NCBI GenBank assembly: GCA_949297055.1
Contig: CASFRI010000035.1
Span: 16,348-80,347, forward strand
DNA: 64,000 nt
Source of the DNA: an uncultured bacterium
GTDB taxonomy: Bacteria > Bacillota_I > Bacilli_A > RFN20 > CAG-826
Direction: 5' to 3'
The notes below the pieces were generated by a model that did no database searches, was not told the DNA's origin, and saw only the letters and a program-made list of their open reading frames with translations. Shown here one piece after another: positions 1 through 11,048 of this stretch. The translations under genes and the position numbers were made by a program. The number at the start of each line of letters is the position of its first letter. Position 1 is the first letter of the stretch.

Positions 1-2
1 CT

Positions 3-482
3 ATGGCAAACAATTCAACGCATAAAAAAATCATCGTTAATAACAGAAAAGCTCGTCATGATTACTTCCTCGACGATTTTTTAGAAGTGGGTTTAGCCTT
101 AACGGGGACGGAAATTAAATCAATTAGACTTTCTAATGTTTCTTTAGATGACAGTTACGTCGTCTTTCGCAATAATGAAGCATATATTTTAAATATGTAT
201 ATCGCTCCTTACGAAAAAGGTAACATTTTTAATCATGAACCAAGAAGGACGAGAAAGCTTTTGATGCATAAAAGAGAAATTTATCGTTATGCACAAAAAG
301 TAAAAGAAAAAAGATTAACTTTAGTGCCTCTTGAGCTTTATTTAATTAAAGGTAGAGCTAAATTATGTCTTGCATTAGGCAAAGGAAAAAAACTTTATGA
401 CAAGCGAGAAGCTTTAAAAGAAAAAGATAATAAACGTAATTTAGATAAAGCCATGAAGAGCCATATCAAAGATATTAAATAA
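3..482 (+). CDS. smpB: SsrA-binding protein SmpB
   Basis: 159 aa. KARHDYF, EVGLALTGTEIKSIR and YIAPYE match the SmpB family signature. Confidence 0.9.
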   Translation: MANNSTHKKIIVNNRKARHDYFLDDFLEVGLALTGTEIKSIRLSNVSLDDSYVVFRNNEAYILNMYIAPYEKGNIFNHEPRRTRKLLMHKREIYRYAQKVKEKRLTLVPLELYLIKGRAKLCLALGKGKKLYDKREALKEKDNKRNLDKAMKSHIKDIK

Positions 483-501
483 TATCTTTAGAGGTAATCA
501 T

Positions 502-1722
502 ATGCATATAAATTCCTATCTAGAATTAGAAAATATTTTAAAAGAGCACGACCATCGTGAATTATACGACAACGAAAATCTTTTGCGATATGTTAAAAAA
601 CATCCTATTCATTTAAATTTTCCTATCATTCATATTACAGGTACGAATGGAAAAGGGTCAACTTTGCATTATCTTGAAATGATTTATGAAAAAATGGGTT
701 ACGTTGTTGGAAGTTACGTTTCTCCTTCCCATTATCGATATTTAGAAATGATAAGAGTGAATGAAAAAAGTATCGATGAAGATATTTTTATAAAATTGTT
801 CAATGAGCGTATCGATGAATTCATTCAATATGAACTAACTGCATTTGAAATGATTACTTTAGTAATGTTTGCTTATTTTGCTTCTATAAAATTAGATGTT
901 TTACTTCTAGAAGTTGGAATGGGTGGAGAAATTGATGCGACAAATATAATTGATACGAATGAATTAGCCATCATCACTAGCGTTTCCCTTGAACATACTT
1001 CATATCTAGGAAAAACAATTTCAGAGATTGCATATAATAAAGCTGGTATTTTAAAAGATAACAAGCCATATCTTATTGGTGAAGAAGTAAGTGAAGAAGC
1101 AAGAGACGCGATTAGGATAAGAGCGAAGAAATTAGACGCTGAAGAGTATAATATTTCTTCTTACAAGCAAAGCGATGAAGATGCAACGCATCATTCTTTA
1201 TCTTATGGAGGTCATACTTATAAATATTTAGGTCCTAAATATGGTTATCATAATCTTTTAATTGCTTTAGAAGCTAGCCACATTTTAAATCATATTTTGC
1301 CTGTCGATTTTGATGAACTTTCAGCCTTTACCTTCAAAGCTTTAGATCGCAGGATGGAAGTGTTAAACAAGTCTCCTCTTATTATTTTTGATGGTGCTCA
1401 CACTCCTGAAGCTGTCGCTAGTTTAAATGAGTCGATCGCTTTATTTGATAAGCCTGTTCACATCATTTTTGCTTGTTTAGAAGATAAAAATTTACCTTTG
1501 CTATTAGAAGAATTTGAAAAGATTTCTCACGATATCGTTTTGACGACTTTTAATAATAAGAGAGCAAGGGGCGAATTCGATTATTTCTTATATTTAGAAG
1601 ATTTCCCTTTTAGTGAAGATTATTGTTCTGTTTTACATCGTTTTAAAGAAAATTATCCAGATGACATTATCCTCATTTCTGGTTCGATTGCGTTCATTGA
1701 TGAAGTGAGAACGAAGTTATGA
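502..1722 (+). CDS. folC: Folylpolyglutamate synthase/dihydrofolate synthase (Mur ligase family)
   Basis: P-loop ITGTNGKGST, EVGMGG and DGAHTP motifs of the FolC/Mur ligase family. 406 aa. Confidence 0.85.
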   Translation: MHINSYLELENILKEHDHRELYDNENLLRYVKKHPIHLNFPIIHITGTNGKGSTLHYLEMIYEKMGYVVGSYVSPSHYRYLEMIRVNEKSIDEDIFIKLFNERIDEFIQYELTAFEMITLVMFAYFASIKLDVLLLEVGMGGEIDATNIIDTNELAIITSVSLEHTSYLGKTISEIAYNKAGILKDNKPYLIGEEVSEEARDAIRIRAKKLDAEEYNISSYKQSDEDATHHSLSYGGHTYKYLGPKYGYHNLLIALEASHILNHILPVDFDELSAFTFKALDRRMEVLNKSPLIIFDGAHTPEAVASLNESIALFDKPVHIIFACLEDKNLPLLLEEFEKISHDIVLTTFNNKRARGEFDYFLYLEDFPFSEDYCSVLHRFKENYPDDIILISGSIAFIDEVRTKL

Positions 1723-2495
1723 ATATTTTTAAATTAAGTCAAGTTCAAAAGATTTGTTTATCAGGTATTTTGCTTGCCTTAATTATCGTTTTTACAAAAG
1801 TTTTATCGATACAAAATTTGCCGGCTCTACCTTTCGTAAGAATTTCTATCGGTCCGGCTTTAATTATTTTTACAAGTATCATTCTAGGCCCAATTTATGG
1901 AGGAATTGTTGGTGGTTTAAGTGATTTACTTGGCTATTTTATCGTCGATTTTACTGGTTTACCACCATATTATTTATTCACTTTACAATATTTCTTATTA
2001 GGCTTTTTTGCTTACTTTATTGTGAAATTATTTTTATTTATTAAAAAGCAATATATAAGTCTTATTATTAATATTATTCTTTCTAGTTTAATTTACGTTG
2101 GCTTACTCATTTATTTAACATATACGAATAGCTTAGAATTTTCTTCCACAAGTTTCGTTTTTGAAAATTGGTTGAAAATCACTCTTGCGGTCGTTGCTTT
2201 TCTTCTTTTTGCCTTACTTTATGTCGCGTTATATTTTATCCATCGTTATTTTAAAAAGAAAAACAACCACCTACCTATATTTTCATTTTTAAACGCTATT
2301 ACAGTTTTAGAAATTTGTTTTGCTTTATTTCTAGGAAGCGGACTTAAAACTTATTATTTTGAAGTGCCATTCTTACTTATTTTTATGGCTCAAGCTATGG
2401 TCTTTTTTATCGACGTTCCGCTTTATTTATTTATCCTCTTACTTTTGCTTCGTCTCGTAAAAAGTTATTATAAAATAAAGGAAAGTGAAAAATGA
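1719..2495 (+). CDS. Polytopic membrane protein, possibly an ECF-type substrate-specific (S) component
   Basis: 258 aa with about 6-7 hydrophobic helices. Translationally coupled to folC (ATGA overlap). The folate link is inferred from context only. Confidence 0.4.
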   Translation: MNIFKLSQVQKICLSGILLALIIVFTKVLSIQNLPALPFVRISIGPALIIFTSIILGPIYGGIVGGLSDLLGYFIVDFTGLPPYYLFTLQYFLLGFFAYFIVKLFLFIKKQYISLIINIILSSLIYVGLLIYLTYTNSLEFSSTSFVFENWLKITLAVVAFLLFALLYVALYFIHRYFKKKNNHLPIFSFLNAITVLEICFALFLGSGLKTYYFEVPFLLIFMAQAMVFFIDVPLYLFILLLLLRLVKSYYKIKESEK

Positions 2496-2728
2496 TGAAT
2501 AAAGATGATGAAATAAATGTAATTTTAGAAGATACTTCGCCTAAAAAAGGTGAAGATGATTATCGTCCAACGAAGCAATTAAAGGCTGATTATTCTTATC
2601 TTAAAGATAAGACCGTTAGCGGGAGGAAATCTATTCCTTGGCTCGCTATTTCAATCATTGGCGGACTTCTTCTTATCATTGTCGTTTTAGTTATCGTTCT
2701 TGCTTATTACTTTGGAGGTGGTAAATAA
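2492..2728 (+). CDS. Small single-pass membrane protein (C-terminal YYFGGGK)
   Basis: 78 aa. Charged N-terminus, one TM helix, YYFG tail. A paralog of the 50-aa ORF at 5213. Confidence 0.4.
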   Translation: MMNKDDEINVILEDTSPKKGEDDYRPTKQLKADYSYLKDKTVSGRKSIPWLAISIIGGLLLIIVVLVIVLAYYFGGGK

Positions 2729-2729
2729 T

Positions 2730-3695
2730 ATGCCAGCCTTATACACTCATTACTTATTCGCTTTAGATTTAATAAAAGAAGATGAAAAACATCCTTCCTT
2801 ATACCTTTTAGCGGCGCAAGGGCCAGATGCCTTTTTCTTCTATGGCTATTCCTTTAAAATTCGAAAAAATAAAGGAGCGAGGCAAGGTTTTGGCCGCATG
2901 CTTCATAAGATTGATATCGCTAAGACCTATGAAGCAATGCTAAAGTATGCAAATAAAAAAGAAGGTGAAGAAAAAGAAATCCTTCTTTCATTTATTCGTG
3001 GTTTTATGTTCCATTATTGTCTAGATCATATTGCTCATCCTTACGTCTTTTATCGAACTGGCTTTGTCATCGAAGGAAAAAAAGATCAAAAAGATCATAA
3101 ATTTTATTCTTTAGCCCATACAGCTTTTGAAACTAATTTAGATGTTCTTTTAAAAGAAGAAAAAGCATTTTTTAAACAACCTAAAGAATTAGTGAAAATC
3201 AAACGTAAAGAAGGAAAAATTGTTTCAAGAATGTTCTTTAATGTGGCAAAAGATATTTTTGATATTGATTTAGGTAAAAATACATATTATCAAGCTTATA
3301 AAGATTTAAGATTTGTCGAAAAATTTTTGAATTCTAAAAAGGGTGGCAAAAAAAGATATTTTTCTAAGCATATGCACAATTCAATTATGAATGCTTTATC
3401 TTATCCAGTTGGTCTTACGAACGATGATATTTATGATTATTTAAATTTAAAACACGTTGAGTGGCGTTATCCTTCAAGCGGGGAAAAATCTCATAAATCG
3501 TTCTTAGATTTATTTGAAGAAGCCAAAGTAAAAGCTAAACAAGTTGATGAAATTATTATACGTTCAAATGTTGGACAAGATGTTTTAGATGATTTGATGA
3601 AATTCACTAACGGAATTAATCATGATGGAGTGAAAGTAGGGGAGAAGATGCAATATATGCACTTCTTATGTGAAGATGGAAACTTATTCTATTAA
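2730..3695 (+). CDS. Hypothetical metal-dependent hydrolase-like protein
   Basis: GGAGGTG RBS sits before ATG 2730. His/Asp-rich segments (HYLFALD, HYCLDHIAHPYVFY) are reminiscent of Zn-dependent phospholipase C / HD-like metal sites. The assignment is tentative. Confidence 0.35.
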   Translation: MPALYTHYLFALDLIKEDEKHPSLYLLAAQGPDAFFFYGYSFKIRKNKGARQGFGRMLHKIDIAKTYEAMLKYANKKEGEEKEILLSFIRGFMFHYCLDHIAHPYVFYRTGFVIEGKKDQKDHKFYSLAHTAFETNLDVLLKEEKAFFKQPKELVKIKRKEGKIVSRMFFNVAKDIFDIDLGKNTYYQAYKDLRFVEKFLNSKKGGKKRYFSKHMHNSIMNALSYPVGLTNDDIYDYLNLKHVEWRYPSSGEKSHKSFLDLFEEAKVKAKQVDEIIIRSNVGQDVLDDLMKFTNGINHDGVKVGEKMQYMHFLCEDGNLFY

Positions 3696-4296
3696 AAAAA
3701 GAACATATCTTATTTTATCGCCTATAGAAAGCGATTATGAAATTGATGAATCTTATCTTGTATCTAGAGATAATAAGAAATATGTTTTAACGTTTGTAAA
3801 AGATGATTTTGATTACGATTTAAGTGGAACGAAACGTTTTAAACTTATAAGAAGAGACATTAAAGATTTAACTCATTCTTCGATCGAAGTACCAAAACTT
3901 ATCGACATCGATAAAAGAAATAACGTTTACGTTAAAGAATATGTGGAAGGAAAAACAATTTTAGATGAAATAATTGAAAAAGATTTAGATGAAAAAATAA
4001 TCGAAACAATTTTTGATTATTCATTCTATGCAAGAATGTTTAATAAATCTTTAGATTTTCATCCGAAAAATTTTGTCATTTTAGAGAATGGAAAAATAAA
4101 ATATAAATATTATCGAGTAAGAAATTATGATGCGAAGAAAAATTTTGAATTTACTTACTTACGTTACTATTTATATAGCGATGAACTTGTAAACTATTTA
4201 AAGAAAAATAATTTACCTTACGATATGAAAAGAAAAAAAGAAGAAAGGCGAGTCAATAAAGAAACTTTGTTGTTGGCTTGTAAATACCATCGATGA
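3670..4296 (+). CDS. Hypothetical protein with a possible small kinase-like fold
   Basis: 208 aa. VKEYVEG (hinge-like), LDFHPKNFVILENGKI (resembles the HGDLHPGN catalytic loop) and FEFTY (DFE-like). Confidence 0.3.
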   Translation: MKMETYSIKKRTYLILSPIESDYEIDESYLVSRDNKKYVLTFVKDDFDYDLSGTKRFKLIRRDIKDLTHSSIEVPKLIDIDKRNNVYVKEYVEGKTILDEIIEKDLDEKIIETIFDYSFYARMFNKSLDFHPKNFVILENGKIKYKYYRVRNYDAKKNFEFTYLRYYLYSDELVNYLKKNNLPYDMKRKKEERRVNKETLLLACKYHR

Positions 4297-5216
4297 ATAA
4301 TAACTTACCTTTGATCATCCATTTATCAGCTTCAAAAAAATTAGCGTTAAAAATCGCTAAAGAGACAGGCTATCCACTAGGGGAAGCGGAAAGTTATACT
4401 TTTTATGATGGCGAAGAAATGGTAAAGCCAATAAGCGAAGTAAAAAATAAAGATATCATCTTAGTGCAATCAACTTCTTTTCCAGCTTCTAAACATTTGA
4501 TGGAAGTCTTAATATTCGTCGATGCTTTAAGAAAAAATCAAGCAAGAAAAATTACCTTAGTGACACCTTATTTTGGCTATGCAAGACAAGATAGACAAAT
4601 TCACCATAATGACCCCATAACCGCTTCTTTAGTGGCAAGATTAATTGAATCTTGCGGGGTTAATGATGTTATTTTTTGTGATATTCACACTCTTAACACA
4701 CCTAAATTCTTTCATATTCCGACTTACAATATTGAGATGACTTCACTTTTTAAAGAAGCATTTTTAAAAGAAATTGAAGACAACAATTATTCTTTAAATG
4801 ACGTTATGATTTTTTCTCCAGATCATGGCTCAGAATTTCGCGGTTTAGAACTCGCTAAATCTTTAGGTGTGAGTTTTGGTGAAATTTATAAAATTCGACC
4901 GAAAGTAGATGAGACTAGAATTAAAGATATTGAAGGCTCTCCTAAAGATAAAATTGTTTTCATCGTCGATGATATCGTCGATACAGGTTCAACTCTCATC
5001 GAAGCAGTAGAGGCTTTGAAAGATTTAGGTGCGAAAGCAATTTATGTTGGTTTTACACATGCTGTAATGAAAGAGCGTAATTATCAACGATTATTAAAAA
5101 ATAATATTAAAAAGATTTATTTCACTGATACGATAGAACTTTCTTTTCATCATGATGAAACAAGTGTATTATCAGTAGCGTCGCTCATTGCAAGAAAGAT
5201 AAAGGAAATAAAATGA
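4293..5216 (+). CDS. prs: Ribose-phosphate pyrophosphokinase (PRPP synthetase)
   Basis: YFGYARQDRQ and the VDDIVDTGSTL PRPP-binding loop. 307 aa. The stop codon is TGA. Confidence 0.9.
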   Translation: MNNNLPLIIHLSASKKLALKIAKETGYPLGEAESYTFYDGEEMVKPISEVKNKDIILVQSTSFPASKHLMEVLIFVDALRKNQARKITLVTPYFGYARQDRQIHHNDPITASLVARLIESCGVNDVIFCDIHTLNTPKFFHIPTYNIEMTSLFKEAFLKEIEDNNYSLNDVMIFSPDHGSEFRGLELAKSLGVSFGEIYKIRPKVDETRIKDIEGSPKDKIVFIVDDIVDTGSTLIEAVEALKDLGAKAIYVGFTHAVMKERNYQRLLKNNIKKIYFTDTIELSFHHDETSVLSVASLIARKIKEIK

Positions 5217-5365
5217 AAGAAAAAAAAGATTCATTAAGATCACCAAAAGAAGAAAAGCCAAGTATGAAGTGGCGTATATTGAACGCTTTAATTTTTACAC
5301 TTGTGTTTTGCGTTCTTGTCGTTGGAGTTGCTCTTTTACTTTATTATTTTGGGCCGAAAGGATAA
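5213..5365 (+). CDS. Small single-pass membrane protein (50 aa)
   Basis: Not in the ORF track. ATG overlaps the prs stop (ATGA). MKEKKDSLRSPKEEKPSMKWRILNALIFTLVFCVLVVGVALLLYYFGPKG. The C-terminal YYFG matches the ORF at 2492. Confidence 0.35.
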   Translation: MKEKKDSLRSPKEEKPSMKWRILNALIFTLVFCVLVVGVALLLYYFGPKG

Positions 5366-5369
5366 AAAA

Positions 5370-5861
5370 ATGAATGTTCGCGCCATCACTACGAATGCAC
5401 TTTTAGCTGCGCTTTATATCGTTATAACAATAATTACTACTCCATTTAGTTATGGTGGGGTACAATTTCGTATCGCGGAAGCACTTTTAATATTCATTTT
5501 CTTTAGAAAACAATATGTTATCGGTATTACGATTGGTTGTTTCATCGCGAATATTATCGGTCCGATGGGCTGGGTTGATGCAGTTTTTGGCACCTTAGCC
5601 ACTTTATTAAGTTCGATTGCTTTAATGTTTAGTCCTTATCTTCTTTTAGCCTTGCTAGCGCCTGTCATTATGAATGGCTTCATCGTTGGTGCGGAGCTTT
5701 ATTTTGTTTTACAACTTGATTTTTGGATCAATGTTGGGCTTGTCATGATAGGAGAATTTGTAGTCTTAATTGCTACTTATGCTTTAGCGATGGCATTTAA
5801 GAAACGTAAAGGTCTATTAAAAGTTATTGGTGCGAATCAAAATTTAGATTTTAAATGGTAA
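5370..5861 (+). CDS. queT: Queuosine-precursor transporter QueT-like ECF S component
   Basis: MNVRAITTNALLAALYIV... with about 5 TM helices. GAAAGGAT RBS before ATG 5370. Immediately upstream of tgt-queA-queH. Confidence 0.6.
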   Translation: MNVRAITTNALLAALYIVITIITTPFSYGGVQFRIAEALLIFIFFRKQYVIGITIGCFIANIIGPMGWVDAVFGTLATLLSSIALMFSPYLLLALLAPVIMNGFIVGAELYFVLQLDFWINVGLVMIGEFVVLIATYALAMAFKKRKGLLKVIGANQNLDFKW

Positions 5862-5864
5862 TGA

Positions 5865-6992
<1,128 letters not shown>

Positions 6993-6994
6993 TT

Positions 6995-8023
6995 ATGGAT
7001 GTAAAAGAATTTGATTATCCATTAGACGAATCTTTAATTGCTCAATTTCCTTTGAAAGAAAGAAGTTCATGCCGTTTAATGCTTGTTAATAAGGCAAACG
7101 GGCGAATTGAAGATAAACATTTTTATGATATTGTTGACTATTTAAAACCTGGAGATGTTTTAGTAAGAAATGATACGAGAGTTATTCCCGCAAGGTTATT
7201 TGGGCTAAAAGAAAAGACTGGAGCACATGTTGAAGTTTTAATTTTAAAACAGTTAGAAGATGATACTTACGAATGCTTATGTGGGAACGCAAAAACAATT
7301 AAAGTTGGAACAAATATTATTTTTAAAGAAAATGTTTTAAGTGCGACTTGTCTTAAAGTTTTAGACGAAGGCATTAGACATTTAAAATTTCATTACCAAG
7401 GAATTTTCTTAGAAGTTTTAGAAGAAGTAGGGGAAACACCCTTACCTCCTTATATCCACCAAAAAGAACAAGAAGAAAATGCTTATCAAACAGTCTATGC
7501 AAGACATAGCGGTAGCAGTGCCGCTCCGACTGCAGGCTTTCATTTCGATGACGAACTTTTTAAAAAATGTGAAGAAAAAGGCGTTATTATCGTCGACGTA
7601 ACTTTACATATTGGTTTAGGTACTTTTAGGCCAGTAAAAGTTTCAAAAGTCGAAGAACATAAAATGCATAGTGAGCAATATGAAATTAGTGAAATTGCCG
7701 CAAATACCCTAAATTTAGCGTTAAAAGAGCATCGTCGTATCATTCCTATTGGCACGACGAGCATGCGTACATTAGAAGCGAATTTTAAAAAATATGGACG
7801 TTTTGTTCCAACTAAAGAATCTACTGATATTTTTATTACTCCAGGATATGAACCTTTCGTTTCAAGTACATTGATTACGAATTTTCATCTTCCTAAATCT
7901 ACTTTATTGATGCTTGTATCGGCATTCTCTTCTTTGGAGTTGATGAAGAAAGCTTACGAACACGCTACTGAAGAAAAATATCGTTTCTTTTCTTTTGGAG
8001 ATGCAATGTTTATCTATGACTAA
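6995..8023 (+). CDS. queA: S-adenosylmethionine:tRNA ribosyltransferase-isomerase
   Basis: MDVKEFDYPLDESLIAQ, VRNDTRVIPARL and TTSMRTLE motifs. 342 aa. Confidence 0.92.
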   Translation: MDVKEFDYPLDESLIAQFPLKERSSCRLMLVNKANGRIEDKHFYDIVDYLKPGDVLVRNDTRVIPARLFGLKEKTGAHVEVLILKQLEDDTYECLCGNAKTIKVGTNIIFKENVLSATCLKVLDEGIRHLKFHYQGIFLEVLEEVGETPLPPYIHQKEQEENAYQTVYARHSGSSAAPTAGFHFDDELFKKCEEKGVIIVDVTLHIGLGTFRPVKVSKVEEHKMHSEQYEISEIAANTLNLALKEHRRIIPIGTTSMRTLEANFKKYGRFVPTKESTDIFITPGYEPFVSSTLITNFHLPKSTLLMLVSAFSSLELMKKAYEHATEEKYRFFSFGDAMFIYD

Positions 8024-8666
8024 AAAAAGAAAATTTATCGACGATTATCATGAGATGTTAGATATCTTAAAAAATTTATCTAGCGAAGATAAAAAACCTA
8101 CTTTGCTATTGCATGCTTGTTGCGGACCTTGTGCGACTTATCCTTTATTTTTCTTACATCGTTATTTTGATATTACAATTGCTTACTCTAATTCGAATAT
8201 TTACCCCATGAGTGAATATGAAAAAAGAAAAGCGACAATCTTAAAAATGCTAGATTTATTTAACGAAGAATATCATACTTCGATCAAAATTATTTTCTTT
8301 CCTTACGAATACGATTCTTACATTAGTGATCTTTTACCTTACAAAGATGAAAAGGAAGGTGGGGAAAGATGTAAACTATGCTACGAAAAAAGGATGGATG
8401 AAGTTTTTAAATATGCTAATGATCATCATTTCGATTATTTTACCACTGTCATGTCTGTCTCACGTTATAAACCGACAAAAACGTTAAATAAAATTGGCGA
8501 AAAGTTAGATGAAAAATACGATTATACAAAATATTTATTAAGCGATTTTAAGCGTGGTGGTGGAATTATGATCGATAAAGAAATGAGTAAACGTTATGGC
8601 CTTTATGAACAAAATTATTGTGGGTGCGAATATTCATTAAATAATCGCGAAAAGTTCTCTCACTAA
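8016..8666 (+). CDS. queH: Epoxyqueuosine reductase QueH (DUF208)
   Basis: LLLHACCGPCATYP and CGCEYS cysteine motifs of QueH. ATG 8016 overlaps the queA end. Confidence 0.8.
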   Translation: MTKKRKFIDDYHEMLDILKNLSSEDKKPTLLLHACCGPCATYPLFFLHRYFDITIAYSNSNIYPMSEYEKRKATILKMLDLFNEEYHTSIKIIFFPYEYDSYISDLLPYKDEKEGGERCKLCYEKRMDEVFKYANDHHFDYFTTVMSVSRYKPTKTLNKIGEKLDEKYDYTKYLLSDFKRGGGIMIDKEMSKRYGLYEQNYCGCEYSLNNREKFSH

Positions 8667-8760
8667 GGAAATTTTATAAATAAATTTAATATAAATTACG
8701 TGTTTTTAATTATTTTTTAAAATAAATATATTAGTCTAGTTCTAAGTTTTTTAATTTCTT

Positions 8761-8789
8761 TTTGACACGCGTATGTATATGAGGTAATA
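8761..8789 (+). promoter_or_regulatory. Sigma-A-type promoter of the S10 operon (TTGACA-17-TAATAT)
   Basis: ttgaca at 8761-8766, taatat at 8784-8789. Confidence 0.45.
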
Positions 8790-8921
8790 TTTCACACGGC
8801 TGCAGCGTGGACTCACGAGGTTGCTGATACACCCACAGGCGTTGTCATGAATGGGCATCAGGTAATTCGTAGATGAGCTAGCAGTTAAAAAGCCTGCAAA
8901 AACATAAGGAGGAAAAAATTC
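8790..8921 (+). promoter_or_regulatory. Structured, GC-enriched 5' leader of the S10 operon (candidate autoregulatory leader)
   Basis: About 130 nt, far more GC-rich than its surroundings (ggctgcagcgtggactcacgaggttgctg...gcctgc), between the promoter and the rpsJ RBS. Confidence 0.3.
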
Positions 8922-9236
8922 ATGGCTAAAGCAAACAAAAAAATCCGTGTTCGCCTCCAAGCTTACGAGCATGATATCTTAGACTTCTCAGCCGCTAAGA
9001 TCGTCGCTCTTGCGAAAAGGACGAAAGCCGGTGTCGTTGGACCTGTCCCTCTCCCGACGGAAAAACAAGTCTACACGATCTTACGTTCCGTGCACGTCAA
9101 CAAAGATTCACGCGAACAATTCGAAATAAGAACGCATAAGCGTCTCATCGATATCACTAATCCTACTAAGGAAACGATCGACCAATTACGCCGTCTCGAT
9201 TTACCTGCTGGAGTGGATATCGATATCAAATTATAA
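8922..9236 (+). CDS. rpsJ: 30S ribosomal protein S10
   Basis: Sequence family match. GGAGG RBS. Confidence 0.95.
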   Translation: MAKANKKIRVRLQAYEHDILDFSAAKIVALAKRTKAGVVGPVPLPTEKQVYTILRSVHVNKDSREQFEIRTHKRLIDITNPTKETIDQLRRLDLPAGVDIDIKL

Positions 9237-9253
9237 GAAGGAGGTAAAACGAG

Positions 9254-9976
9254 ATGAAAGCAATCATCGGACAAAAAGTTGGCATGACGCAAGTCTATAC
9301 CGAAGATGGTGCGATGTATCCAGTGACTGTCGTCTATTGTGATCCTAATGTCGTCACCCAAGTTAAGACCTCTGAAACTGATGGCTACAATGCCTTACAA
9401 ATTGGTTACGAAGATAAGAAAGAATCGAAAGCCAACAAATGCGAAAAAGGTATCTTTAAGAAAGTTGGTATTACTCCAAAAAGACATCTTATCGAACTTA
9501 AGGGCGATGAACTTATGGATAAGAAAGTAGGGGAAACCTTAAGCGTCGAGATGTTCAAAGCCGGCGACATCGTCGATGTCATTGGAACGAGCAAAGGTAA
9601 AGGTTATACCGGTACGATTAAAGCTTACCATCACGCAATTGGTCCAAAAGGACATGGTTCTGGTTACCATCGTGGTTCTGGTTCCTTTGCGAACAATGGT
9701 CGTACGAATAACCGTGTCATCCCTGGTAAAAAGATGCCAGGAAGAAGAGGTAATCACTCTGTTACTATTCAAAACTTACTTATCGTTGAAGTGGATGCTT
9801 CAAAGAACGTCATTCTTGTGAAAGGCGCAATTCCAGGTCCAAAGAAATCACTTGTGACGATAAGAAGTGCGATTAAGACACAAAGTGGGAGTCCTGTTGA
9901 AATTAAACCATTATTAGACCGTCGTCCTAAAGTGGAAGAAAAAGCCGCTGAAACGACTACGGAAGAAAATGCCTAA
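9254..9976 (+). CDS. rplC: 50S ribosomal protein L3
   Basis: MKAIIGQKVGMTQVY. Acidic C-terminal extension. Confidence 0.95.
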   Translation: MKAIIGQKVGMTQVYTEDGAMYPVTVVYCDPNVVTQVKTSETDGYNALQIGYEDKKESKANKCEKGIFKKVGITPKRHLIELKGDELMDKKVGETLSVEMFKAGDIVDVIGTSKGKGYTGTIKAYHHAIGPKGHGSGYHRGSGSFANNGRTNNRVIPGKKMPGRRGNHSVTIQNLLIVEVDASKNVILVKGAIPGPKKSLVTIRSAIKTQSGSPVEIKPLLDRRPKVEEKAAETTTEENA

Positions 9977-9984
9977 GGAGGAAA

Positions 9985-10638
9985 ATGAGCATGGCTACAG
10001 CAAAATCAATTAAAGTCGATGTCTATAACATGCAAGGCGAAGTCTTAGAGACGAAGCTTACTCTCAAAGGCGAAGTGTTCAACATCGATCCACACAAACA
10101 AGCAATGTATAACGCTGTGCGTGTCCAACAAAGCAATGCAAGACAAGCGACAGCTAAAACGAAGAAACGTGACGAAGTATCTGGCGGTGGTAAAAAACCA
10201 TGGCGTCAAAAAGGTACGGGCCGCGCAAGAGCCGGTTCCACTCGTTCACCGCTCTGGACTGGTGGCGGTACCGTCTTTGGTCCAACTGGCGAACAAAATT
10301 ACAAGATTAAGCAAAATAAGAAAGAACATGATTTAGCGTTAAGAAGTGCTCTCTCTTACGTCGCTCACGAAAAAGATCGCCTTCGCGTCTTAGATGAATT
10401 AACTCTTAAAGAAGCAAAGACGAAAGAATTAGTAAATGTCTTAAAGGCTCTTAAATCTAGCGATAAAGTCTTAATCGTCTATAAGGAAGAAGATGAAAAT
10501 GTTCTTCTAAGCGCGCGTAACATATCTAATTTAAAGACATTAAACGCACGCGACATCAATGTGTATGACCTACTTAATGCAAAGACAGTCATCTTAGTAA
10601 AAGACGCTGTCAAGGTCATCGAGGAGGCGTTAGCGTAA
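9985..10638 (+). CDS. rplD: 50S ribosomal protein L4
   Basis: Family match. Confidence 0.93.
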   Translation: MSMATAKSIKVDVYNMQGEVLETKLTLKGEVFNIDPHKQAMYNAVRVQQSNARQATAKTKKRDEVSGGGKKPWRQKGTGRARAGSTRSPLWTGGGTVFGPTGEQNYKIKQNKKEHDLALRSALSYVAHEKDRLRVLDELTLKEAKTKELVNVLKALKSSDKVLIVYKEEDENVLLSARNISNLKTLNARDINVYDLLNAKTVILVKDAVKVIEEALA

Positions 10639-11015
10639 TGGCAGAAGAAGTAAAAGCTACTAAGAAAACTAGACGTAGCAAAAAAGAAACAAAAGCCGTC
10701 GAAAATAAACGTTTCAAAGAACCAACTTTAAAACAATTCGACGTCATCATCGCTCCAATCATTACTGAAAAGTCGATGGCAGCGATGCAAAATCTTAACA
10801 AAGTGAGTGTGAAGGTTCTTCCTACTTCGACGAAAGTGGAAATTAAGAAAGCCTTCGAATCACTCTTCCAAGTGGAAGTTAAGAGCGTAAGAATTATCAA
10901 CGTTTCAAGCAAAGAAAAATCACGTGGCGGACGTTATAAAGGTAGCGTCCCAGGTTATAAGAAAGCCATCGTCACCTTAGCGAAGAATGAAGCGTTAGAC
11001 TTATTCAAAGAATAA
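10638..11015 (+). CDS. rplW: 50S ribosomal protein L23
   Basis: Family match, with an N-terminal basic extension of about 30 aa. Confidence 0.9.
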   Translation: MAEEVKATKKTRRSKKETKAVENKRFKEPTLKQFDVIIAPIITEKSMAAMQNLNKVSVKVLPTSTKVEIKKAFESLFQVEVKSVRIINVSSKEKSRGGRYKGSVPGYKKAIVTLAKNEALDLFKE

Positions 11016-11048
11016 GATCAATAACTAAATTATAGGAGACTGATAAAA

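Noticed and set aside
873-1064. Antisense 63-aa ORF inside folC, and similar short antisense/alternate-frame ORFs across the window (e.g. 7540-7764, 9071-9361, 9406-9594, 10616-10912, 11645-12007, 14664-14849, 15562-15786, 19147-19359, 19933-20220, 22413-22706, 33700-33903, 40912-41151, 46583-46909, 52826-53050, 55335-55622, 56950-57234, 60924-61226, 62759-62953, 63185-63385, 63575-63790)
   Set aside because: All lie fully within well-supported genes on the other strand or frame. They lack RBSs and have low-complexity translations. They are typical spurious ORFs.
8751-8972. Minus-strand 73-aa ORF spanning the S10 leader and the rpsJ start
   Set aside because: It overlaps the promoter/leader and the rpsJ RBS and has no coding features. 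The region is better explained as a structured leader.
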